A stretch of DNA of 64,000 bases from Rebecca billardiae RCC1528 (Eukaryota; Protista; Haptophyta), in contig OZ251229.1 in the NCBI GenBank assembly GCA_965240325.2, forward strand, positions 2,666,001 through 2,730,000, in the 5' to 3' direction. Shown here in pieces: positions 12,102-22,091 of this stretch. A program made the position numbers and the translations under genes. Position 1 is the first letter of the stretch. Each line of letters starts with the position of its first letter. The notes beneath the pieces were generated by a model. The model saw only the letters and a list, made by a program, of their open reading frames with translations. It was not told where the DNA came from and did not search any database.

Positions 12102-13034
12102 ATGCCACAGGACAGCCACAGGGACGACTCAGTAGACGACATTTTCTCATATTGCCGAATGGTACGACTGCACCTAGGGGTCGGTAGCAGTGTCGCCACC
12201 ATCCGCCAGAACGAGCTTGTTGTGATTTACGACCACCACCGCATGTTTGGCTCCACGGATGGAGCGCGTGAAGCCGTCGCGGTCGTTGCCGCCTTGCGAC
12301 TCCACGGCGGCAACGCCGACCGCCATGTGGCACTTGTAGATGACACCCAGCTTGATGCTCACACATCGTGGTTCACTGTGTTCGACCGGAGCCGTATGAG
12401 GTTCATCCACAATGCGTTTTGGTCCTCGCCAAGCATGGCATTGTACGTCACGCCGGGGCTGCGCGCGCAAGCTGCTGCGGGTCTCTCGCGTCGTCAGGTG
12501 GTTGCGATTGAGCATCGGCGCGCATGTAGAGCAAGCCTCGGAGGTAGCCGGAACATCTTGCCATGTCGCGTGCGTGGATGGTATCGCACCTGTAGACACG
12601 CCATGCGTGTGTTGCAGTCGATTTACGCGACGCTCGACCCGCACGCTCTTGGATTCGTGGGCTCGTGGTCCACAAGGACGGCCGCCACCATCGTGGGAGG
12701 TCCGTGGCCGCACGCACGATGGCGGGTGCCCTCGCTGCGCCCCGCCCCAGAATCGGTGTGCTACGGGCAGCAACGCGCCTGGCGGCGTGGGCGGCGGTGC
12801 GGGCGGCGGCGCGGGCATCCGGCGCGAGCACTCGCCTGTGCTGTCCGTGCCCAGGGTCGCCGCTCGGCTGCCAGGGGCGAGCAACTGACGCTGTCATGTG
12901 CTGGTTGTGGGGCCGCGTCCCTGGACGCCGGTTGTCCCACAACCGAGCGCGCGCGCGCGCGCGTACGCGCGCGCGCGCCCGATCGCTGTAGCAGTGGCGG
13001 CAGGCGGAGACGGTGTGTGTCAATAGCCGGTTGA
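12102..13034 (+). CDS. Possible hypothetical protein (weak; may be spliced or degenerate)
   Basis: Long open frame whose first ~140 aa look globular; codon bias is weak and no motif is recognised. Confidence 0.2.
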   Translation: MPQDSHRDDSVDDIFSYCRMVRLHLGVGSSVATIRQNELVVIYDHHRMFGSTDGAREAVAVVAALRLHGGNADRHVALVDDTQLDAHTSWFTVFDRSRMRFIHNAFWSSPSMALYVTPGLRAQAAAGLSRRQVVAIEHRRACRASLGGSRNILPCRVRGWYRTCRHAMRVLQSIYATLDPHALGFVGSWSTRTAATIVGGPWPHARWRVPSLRPAPESVCYGQQRAWRRGRRCGRRRGHPARALACAVRAQGRRSAARGEQLTLSCAGCGAASLDAGCPTTERARARVRARAPDRCSSGGRRRRCVSIAG

Positions 13035-14441
13035 GTTGTGTGTACGATATAGCCACACCGATGATCGTACGCGCAGAACTGAGGCGCTGGCGCTCTGGTG
13101 ATCAGTTGTCACCTATGGCATAGGACTGAGTCCTATCTGTTGCAGGGGGATATCCGAAGGCAGCGCGGTCGGCGAGCGCAGAGGTGAGAAGGAGGCGCGC
13201 ATCGTGAGAGCTTCAGCAGCGTGCCCGCGCTTCACGTAGGGTTGCGTGCGCACGCGGTCTGTACCCGTACACGCAATCGCGGCGTGAGCCCGACTCCAGG
13301 CCCCTGCCTGCGCCTCGCGGGCCGTGCCGCCGGCGCCTCATCTCCTGAATCCTGCTCGTCCACGTTTATGAGGACAGCACTAAGCACGCGCATCGGTTCG
13401 CGCGCTCGCGGCCGATGCCGATGGCGCGGGCAGCTCCTCGCGTCGAGGGCGTTTCCGGTTTGGTTGGAGGCGCATCCCGAGTGACATCCACGAATGTTGG
13501 CACGGTGCTGCCCGATCCTAACGCTGAGGCGGCGCGTTTCCCGAAGGCAGCAGCATTGGCTGATGCCTTCTGCCTTTGGGCAACCCTGCGAAACCGCGCG
13601 CTGACGCTGCCGGCGCGCGCGCGGCGTGGCTTCTTCCCTGGGTTTTTCCGTTATGGTATTCGTTCTTAGCGACCGTTTGGGCGTTGGGCCGATTGACATG
13701 CGGATTGGATTGGTGCATTGCGAATCGGCTTCGCAATGCACCCTTATTAGGGTGTGGGGGCAACACGGCAAAGTCCGCGCTAACGTTAGGTAGTTACAGA
13801 AATTTTCATAGATAGGCGGGATCCGGCCCCGCCAGTAATTTGAGCTCTAACGTGGGCCTCGCTCCGGAGGGCCCAGGTCGCGCTTACGAGGGGCGAATCT
13901 GGCTCTGTAAGGGCTCGCCGCAACGTTAGCTCCCCTAAGTGGGAGATCGCGTCGCCGCGACCTTTGATTCGCGCGCCGCGGCGCCGCAAAGGGCGCACGA
14001 GGACAGCTCGGCTCGCTGGCGCAGCGCCGCACGGAGGCGCGCGCGCAGCTCGCGAGTGCGCGCGCGCGCGTTCTCGCGCGTTCGTCGCGCGACGAGAAGA
14101 AGTCTTCGCGTTCGCGGCGCCTTCGTGCGACCAGAAGCCGACGTGGCCTACGTCGTGCGCTCTTGCGTGCGTGCCGGTGTGCCCGGCAAGCGCCTTGCAC
14201 TCCTTGTCAGAGTCCTTGGAGAGCGCGCGGTTGGCGGGTCGCGCGAGCAGGGTGCCGTGCGTAGCGCTGCGAACGACTGGAGCTACCGCGGCCCGCACCC
14301 CTGCACGTCAATGAAAGCGCCAAGGTGGCTGAGCGAGCGCTGGCCCTCGCACGCGGTGGCGATGGTTCTTCTGGGCACCCTCGCCGCGTTTTGAACGCCG
14401 AGATTAAATCTCTAACGTAACAAAAGCGACCGCTCGGCAAA

Positions 14442-16249
14442 TTATGGTTGTATAACCGCTCGGTTATGCGGGTATAACTCACCGGTAGCCCTCATGAGGG
14501 CGGGCTGGCAGCCAGGGTCCGGCTGCCTGGAGGTTTTCCGGTCGTCAAGCCGAGCCAGGCCCGGACTGGGCGCGGGTCTGGATTAGCGCAGCAGCTCGGC
14601 AAGCGATGCGCGTCTGGGTGCGGCCGCGCTCGCTGGCTGCACCCGCGGCGCGGCGGCCGGCGTGGCTGCTCGGGTCACCGCTGCGCTGGTGGCTGCTCCT
14701 CCTCTGGGAGTTGTTTCTTCCAGGTGCGTGTGCGTCGGCGGTAGGCCGCCCTCAGCCCTCGCTCTCTCCACTCGTGCACCTGCCCTGCTTGCTGCCAACG
14801 CGCGATCGGGCTGTCTGTCGCTTCTGCTCTCTGCGAGGGCACCTCGGACCCCTCCGGGTGCTCTCTGCTTTCGATGGGGGGCGCCTCGGAGCCGCTTCGA
14901 GGCGTCCCCGTCTGCAATCTTCTCATGCTCTGCTTTCGATGGGGGCGCCTCGGAACCGCTTCGAGGCGTCCCCGTCTGCAATCTATCTTCTCATGCTCTG
15001 CTTTCGATGGGGGCGCCTCGGAACCGCTTCGAGGCGTCCCCGTCTGCAATCTTCGCATGCTCTGCTTTCGATGGGGGCGCCTCGGAACCGCTCCCAGGCG
15101 TCCCCGTCTGCAATCTTCTCACGCTTCGCAGTCTAGCTTGCCTTCATCGCCTGGCGGGTGGGTGCTGCTCTCTCCTTCTCTGCCGCCTCCTCTGCAGTCT
15201 GCCGTGCACTGCTGTGTGTGGGGATGCGACCTGCTACCTTATCTGACGCTACGCGTGCGTGTCTCGCGCCTGCTTCCCGCCTGCGCCGCCGCCGCCGCGC
15301 ATGTCTTCGTGCCTACTGTCGCACGCCGTCGGGATCGTCCTTACTCATACAACCCTGCGGGGAGCCCCTCTGGGCCTCTGCCGCCTTCGGTCCTCGCGCT
15401 ACCCCTTCGGCGGCCTCGGCCTCTTCGGGCCCCCGGCCACCACCCCTGCTGGGTGTGGCATTCCACACCTCCTTCTGGGTGGAGGCCCTCGAGGCCTCTG
15501 CCTCCTGCGGCGCCGCGCTCTGCCCAAACTTGCGTTGGGGGGGGGGGGGGGGGGCGTCGGCTGCCAGCGCCTGCGGTCTACGTGCTCCATCGAGTACTTC
15601 CTCTTCGGCGTCTAGGCGGTCATCGGCTTCTGTCGGCGTAGTTGCTCGAATGCGTCGGCGAGTCCTTCCTGGTCGGCGTCGCATCCTGGACGGCTTCGGG
15701 GGTGTGACCTAGTCACCTCACGCGTTTATCAACGCGGCCCCCACCTCAATCTACTCTCATGTGGGTCTACCGAGTGAGTTATGGTTGTATAACCGCTCGG
15801 TTATGCGGGTATAACTCACCGGTAGCCCTCATGAGGGCGGGCTGGCAGCCAGGGTCCGGCTGCCTGGAGGTTTTCCGGTCGTCAAGCCGAGCCAGGCCCG
15901 GACTGGGCGCGGGTCTGGATTAGCGCAGCAGCTCGGCAAGCGATGCGCGTCTGGGTGCGGCCGCGCTCGCTGGCTGCACCCGCGGCGCGGCGGCCGGCGT
16001 GGCTGCTCGGGTCACCGCTGCGCTGGTGGCTGCTCCTCCTCTGGGAGTTGTTTCTCCCTGCCCTCCCACCCTGCTGGTTGCTGGGTGGGCATGGCCTTGG
16101 GTGCGTGCGGTGTCGGGGGGGTGGAGGCCCTCGAGGCCTCTGCCTCCTGCGGCGCCGCGCTCTGCCCAAACTTGCTAGGTCACCTCACGCGTTTATCAAC
16201 GCGGCCCCCACCTCAATCTACTCTCATGTGGGTCTACCGAGTGAGTTAT
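14442..16249 (-). mobile_element. Family B element, two head-to-tail copies (14446-15778 long; 15783-16245 internally deleted)
   Basis: Both units start GGTTGTATAACCGCTCGGTTATGCGGG and end CTCTCATGTGGGTCTACCGAGTGAG. TTAT occurs at all three junctions (14442, 15779, 16246). One end is an inverted copy of a subterminal segment next to hairpin ATAACCG-CT-CGGTTAT. Confidence 0.7.
14863..15122. repeat. Tandem repeat, ~64-68 bp x4, each unit containing a GC hairpin
   Basis: Unit CTCTGCTTTCGATGGGGGCGCCTCGGAACCGCTTCGAGGCGTCCCCGTCTGCAATCTTCTCATG starts at ~14863, 14928, 14996 and 15060. Confidence 0.9.
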
Positions 16250-16563
16250 TCCCTGACATCATCCATCACGCTTTCCTTGGTACTTTATTTAGGCTTCCGC
16301 TCGCTTACGTTTTCATATTCACCGGACAAATAGATAGGTGGCTAACCACGGCCCTTGTCCTAACGTAGCGCGGCCTTTGCCGTGTTGCCCCCACATCCTA
16401 CTTTATTGCGCTCGGATCGGCGCGGGCGTCATCAGCCATGCGGCAGCGCGAGCGGAAAAACCGATGATCGAGCAGATTTCATACTACGCATGTTCAAGTT
16501 GTGCCAGTAGCAGTGTGACTGACGACGTCGTCCGAGGTCAGCAGGGCGACCGTGTGAGACCTC

Positions 16564-18089
16564 ATGGGCGGCGGCTCGCGTTTGGCAGATGGGATGGTTG
16601 TAACGCAGCTGTGCGGCCTCCGACAAGATGCTGTGCATCGCGAAGCCCGTCATGGCTGCTTTCTCCTGCTTCTGATGGTTCGGGTGGCCCTGGCATCGCC
16701 GGCCGCGCCGCCGCCGTCACCCCCACACGGCGCAATCATCCACGCCGGCCCGATGAAGACAGGTGGCTCTTGGCACACAGCCCGGCGGCACGGATGGCCG
16801 TGCGCTGCAGCGCCTCGAGCCCTGCGTGACGATGCTCCTTCCCCGCGCGCCCGTCCCCACGCGCAGGCACGACCACAATCCAGGGAGCGCTCGTCGACCC
16901 GCCCTCGCACATCCGGCAGATGGTCGAGGCGGAGGGCTGGGTGATCCCAGAGAACGCTGCGAAGAGCCACCTGGGCCTGTTGATGCACTACATGTTCAGC
17001 CTCGCTTTCAAGGAGGGCTCGATCAACGCTAAGCGCCGCCGGCCCATGAACCTCGCGCAAAGCAACGGAGCTGCAGGCCGTCTTGCCAAGGCGGTCAACC
17101 GCACGGTGCACACGCCGGGCGGGCAGCTGCTGCTGAGCAGCGAGGGCTTCGCCGAGCCGACCTTCTCGCTGCCCGCGATGCTGCGCGTCCTCCAGCCCTC
17201 CCTCCCGCGCGTCGAGGTCGTCCTCGTGTACCGCCGCTTCTTCGAGTGGGCGCCCTCATTGCACGCGGAGAACACCAAGCTGCAGGACGGCGTGCTGCCC
17301 TGGCTGACTGGCTCGTACGTGCCCGTCACGATGAGGATGCTCGCTGGGATGCACAAGCCGCTGGTGGACTGGCTGACCGAGGTGATGGACGGCACGCGCT
17401 CGCACTGGGCGTGGGTCGGCGACGCGTACGACCGTTGGAAGGGCATCGACGCGATCACGCTCACCTTGCTCTCGCTGCACGACGCGTCGGCGCCGCTGCT
17501 GCAGCGCTTCGTGTGCGATCTGATGCACGCGCGGCACGCGTGCGAATGGATCGTCTCGCACGGGCAGGGGGGCAACGCGACCTTCATGCAACTCAACACG
17601 GGGCGATCGAGTGTGCACCTGCTCGTCCTCGACATGCTCGCCGCCGCCGCCAGCAAGCACGTCGTGCCGTTCACGACCTCGGCGCGCACGCCAGTCGAGC
17701 CGGTGGTCGAGCTGCTGCTCGAGCAGCTCGACAGCGGCGAGCTCGAGCCACCGCCGCTCACATGCCTGCCGACCGAGCAGCTCGACGCCGTGTGGTACTT
17801 CAGCAAGGCCGAGGAGAAGCGCCTTGTCCCGAAGCTCTTCGACAAGCGCGCACTGCGGGCACGCTTCGACCTGCTGGTCAAGCAGTCGGTCTACTGCTCG
17901 GCAGACACGGAGAAGGCGTTCCCTTCAAGCAAGACGCGCGCCAACCAAGACACCGTCTGGGGCAAGGCGATCCGCGAGGCCGCGCGAAGCGTCCTCGGCC
18001 GCGCGAAGCGTCCTCGGCCGTGGGCACGCGAGCGACGCGCCGGCGGTGACACTGACAGCGGGCACCGACTGATGAGCTCCGCCGGGTAA
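16564..18089 (+). CDS. Sulfotransferase-family protein, paralog A; exons 16564-16762, 16867-18089
   Basis: Splicing GT-AG intron 16763-16866 reconstitutes the 5'-PSB motif IIHAGPMKTGTTTIQ. 3'-PB-like VVLVYRRFFEWAPS and a hydrophobic N-terminal segment. Start codon uncertain. Confidence 0.8.
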
Positions 18090-18187
18090 CGGGCCGCACG
18101 GTCGATCACCGTGCCACGTGGTGCGAGACAGCGAAGTCAGATGGGCTGTGATGGCACTTGGCAGGCGAGGCAGCCCGTTATTAGAGT

Positions 18188-18201
18188 TATATATATATAC
18201 G

Positions 18202-18266
<65 letters not shown>
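18188..18266. repeat. (TA)n microsatellite abutting family A copy 2
   Basis: Long TA dinucleotide run seen directly. Confidence 0.95.
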
Positions 18267-18269
<3 letters not shown>

Positions 18270-18270
<1 letters not shown>

Positions 18271-20108
18271 GGCCCGCGGTGCAGGGCGGAGCGCGCAGCG
18301 TGGAGCCCGCTCCGTGGGCCCTAACCACGTTTCAAAAAGATCTTTGATCAAGAAAAAAGGGACGGGGGACGATTTTCATGGCTGGAGGAGACCGAGTTTC
18401 GAATTTTGAGACCGCACAGAGGTATCCATTCGGCGACAAAAGGTCGCGCCCACGACAAGTACATATTGGAGTGACGCCCGTCCAAAAAACCTCACGCCCT
18501 TTAGGATCCCTAACGTAACGAACCGTTACAAGCGATTTTTTCCAGCCAATGAGATTGCCGCAAGGTCAAGGAGCGATGACGACGTATCTAGATACTCTAT
18601 AGTAGCCAGCCGGCACATCAGCATCATTATATTATTAATTCATTACTTGTGTGCTGGACTGCCGCTTTGGCGGGTAGTCTGATCAATCACCCAGGCGGCC
18701 CGGTCTGGTCATAAATGAGCCCGCCGTTTATGACGACCCATATTCATGTACATGTATGAACAATGGGTCATTAGACCGCGTCGTATCTTATTAAAAAACC
18801 GCTTCACGTTGGACCGCGTCGTCGTATCAATGCTCGTAAATGAAATTCTATTCTACCGCTTCACGTAGTAACCCTGATGCTGATGATCATAGATTATTGA
18901 AGATGCTCGCGTCGAGTCGTCGCGGCCCCGGCACGCAAAACAAAAGAGGTGGGCCCGATCGCACGTGGGGGGCGATGGCAAGCAGCACCTCGACCGGCGA
19001 CGCCGACCAGGACTACGTTCGCCGCGTATTGAACGCGCTGCTCGACTCGAGGACGGTGACGCTGGTGAACAACACCACGTTCCAGAGCACCGCTGCCGCC
19101 ATCTCCGTCGCCAGGCACAAGCAGACCATCCCCGGCGCCGCGAGCGAGTACGGCGTGTCAACAAAAGCGATCAAGAAGCTCCTTGGCCAGGTCCGCAAGG
19201 TGCTGGCGGCGGAGGGCGCACTCGGCAGCGGTGGCGCTGCGCGGTTGATCACCGACTTCACCACGCGCCCCGCAGGCCAGCTCCCTCCCTCCTCCTCACC
19301 CGGCCCAACAGCTGGCAGCCGCTTCGAGGCACTCGCCGCGCTCGGCGGGGAAATGCCCGCTGCAGAGCAAGCACAACCGCAGCGGGGGCGCCCGGCCGGC
19401 TCGCTCAGCCTGCTGGGCACGCTGGCAACCTAGGCGTCACGTGCTACCTCGGCTCGCTGCGCTGGCCGCGCTGCTCCCGTGCCCTTCCATCGTCTCGCTC
19501 GCCACATCTGCCGCGGCGGAGCAGTGCACCAACCCCATTGTGTCCAGCATGCGCTCGCTGGCGCTCGCGCATGTCAACTACGAGTGGCCCAGCGAGGTGG
19601 GGCCGACGGCCGACGCGTAGCTTGCTCGAGCCGCTCCACGACGCGATCGCGGAGGTCTGTTGGTGGACAACGGCGTTTGGGCGGCAGCAGCAGGACGCGT
19701 GCGAGGTGCTGTACAAAATCATGGAGGCCCTGGCTGGCTGCGACGAGGCGTGCGCATACCTTGGCTTGCTCGAGTGCCTCGGTCAGTTGGAGAGCGAGCA
19801 GCCCTCGCAGCAGCAGCGCGTGCCGATGCCGACGATCTCGCAGCAGCAGCCGGCGTGCCGACGACTTCTCAGTCGGCCATGACTTCGACTGTACACAATC
19901 GGCGCCGCGCCGGCGGCTGCGATGGGCCCGCCCGGCCGCGCGGCGGGCGGCGGCGCGCCGCTGGAGTCTACTCGCTGCCGGGCTCGCGGCCGGGCGGGCC
20001 CACTCTCGATCGCGACGGAGCGGGTGCGACGGAGGGTGCACCGCCACCGCGGGCCCCGAAAGAGCTACGTTCGTTCGTTCTACGGAAAAGGACCGCGGAA
20101 CGCGGTCC
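18270..20108 (+). mobile_element. Family A copy 2, carrying HTH and ubiquitin-specific protease (C19) remnants
   Basis: Same 5' terminus, subterminal CACCGCGGGCC and 3' hairpin as copy 1. Internal frames give AAAISVARHKQTIPGAASEYGVS, GNLGVTCYLGSL and QQQDACEVL. Confidence 0.75.
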
Positions 20109-20194
20109 TATATATATGATGATGATGAATCCTGCATCAATAATATGACCGCGCGGTCCAGCGACCAGCAGTCCAGCTCAGTCAGCGGAATGAG

Positions 20195-21809
20195 TCATGG
20201 CCCGCGGCCGCGGCCGCCGGCCGCGTCGTTGCTTGCATGCCCGCGGCCGAGGACGCTTCGCGCGGCCTCGCGGATCGCCTCGCCCCAGGCGGTCCCTTGG
20301 TTGGCGCGCGCGTCGCTTGGGAACGCCTTCGCCGTGTCTGCCGAGCAGTAGACCGACTGGTTGACCAGCAGGTCGAAGCGTGCCCGCAGCGCGCGCCTGT
20401 TGTAGAGCCTCGGCAGGAGGCGGATTTCCTCGGCCTTGCTGAAGTACCACACGGCGTCGAGCTGCTCGGTCGGCAGGCATGTGAGCGGCGGCGGCTCGAG
20501 CTCGCCGCTGTCGAGCTGCTCCAGCAGCAGCTCGACCAACGGCTCGACTGGCGTGCGCACCGAGGTCGTGAACGGCACGACGCGCTTGCTGGCGGCGGCG
20601 GCGAGCATGTCGAGCACTTGCAGGTGCACACTCGATCGGCGCGCGTTTTGGTGCAGGAAGGTGGCGTTGCCCCCCTGCGCGTGCGAGAGGACCCACGTGC
20701 ACGTGTGCCGCGTGTGCATCAGATCGCACACGAAGCGCTGCAGCAGCGGCGGCGCCGACGCGTCGTGCAGCGAGAGCAAGGTGAGCGTGATCGCGTCGCC
20801 CATCGCCGTGTACCGATCATACGCGGCGCCGACCCACGCCCAGTGCGAGCGCGTGCCGTCCATCACCTCGGTCAGCCAGTCCACCAGCGGCTTGTGCATC
20901 CCGGCGAGCATCCCCATCGTGAGCGGCACGTACGAGCCCGTCAGCATCGGCAGCATGCCGTCCTGCAGCTTGGTGTTCTCCGCGTGCACAGAGGGCGCCC
21001 ACTCGAAGAAGCGGCGGTACACGAGGACGACCTCGACGCGCGGGAGGGAGGGCCTGAGGATGCGCAGCATCGCGGGCAGCGAGAAGGTCGGCTCGGCGAA
21101 GCCCTCGCTGCTCAGCAGCAGCTGCCCGCCCGGCGTGTGCACCGTGCGGTTGACCGCCTGCGCGAGGCGCTTCACCGCCGCATCGTGCGCAAGGTCCAGG
21201 GCTGGCGCTGGCACGCCGAGACCCGACACTGGCTTGGGCAGGAGCAGGCTGCCGGGCTCGGCGGCGGACGCGGTGTCCGTGAAGGCGAGGCTGAGCGTGT
21301 AGTGCATGCGCCCGCCCAGCTGGCCGCTCGCCGCGGTCTCTGGGATCACCCAGCCCTCCGCCTCGACCATCTGCCTGATGCGCGCGTGCGGGGCGATGAG
21401 CGATCGCTGAATTGAGGCCAGGCCTGGGCGCGGGGTGGGGGCGGGCGCGCGCGGAGTGAGCATCGACGCGCAGGGCTCGAGGCGCGTGGCGTGTTGGCGC
21501 AGCGCACGCGCGTCGGCGCCGCCGGGCTGTGTGCCCGGAGCGCTCGTCACCTGTCTTCATCGGGCCGGCGTGGATGATTGCGCCGTGCGGGCGCGGAGGC
21601 GAAGGCGGCGGCGGCGGCGCATCCGGCGATGCCAGCGCCATCCCGAACATCAGGAGCGTGTGCACGAGATAGCAGCCACGACGGGCTTGGCGATGCACGG
21701 CATCCCGTCGGGAGCCGCACGGCTGTGTCGCCACCATTCCACCAGCCGAGCGCGCGGCTGCCCAGCACCGCGCCGGCGGGGTCTCAGGAACCAACATTGA
21801 CGTCATCCA
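20195..21809 (-). CDS. Sulfotransferase-family protein, paralog B (inverted duplicate); intron 21550-21424
   Basis: Highly similar to paralog A with the same intron position; the motif reads IIHAGPMKTGLASIQ. Start codon uncertain. Confidence 0.78.
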
Positions 21810-22091
21810 TGGGCCAGCGCGGCGCCCGTGGGCCGCGCGCTGCTGTGAATCTGTGATTATTCTGTGAAGCATTTTCACGCTGCTGCGCTGTGATTCGCTG
21901 GACAGCTTGACTCGACCTTGACCCGGCCCGGGCGGCGGCGCACAGGTCCGGGCGACGACGCGGAAGCTTCCGCTTGCTACTAGTACTCACCGATGCACCA
22001 CGTCGTGGGGTGGCGCGCCTCGGCGGGTGAATTCCGAATCGGGCATTGGAGCAGCGAGGGTGGTGGTCACTCATCACTGCTCACCACCACC

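Larger units (their letters stand above)
13748..16400. mobile_element. hAT-like non-autonomous TIR element, host of a nested insertion
   Basis: ~43-bp imperfect TIR: TAGGGTGTGGGGGCAACACGGCAAAGTCCGCGCTAACGTTAGG (13748) versus CCTAACGTAGCGCGGCCTTTGCCGTGTTGCCCCCACATCCTA (ending 16400). The TSD is degenerate. Confidence 0.7.

Noticed and set aside
14863-15122. CRISPR-like palindromic repeats
   Set aside because: Units are contiguous with no unique spacers, there are no cas genes, and the context is a eukaryotic transposon; this is a minisatellite.
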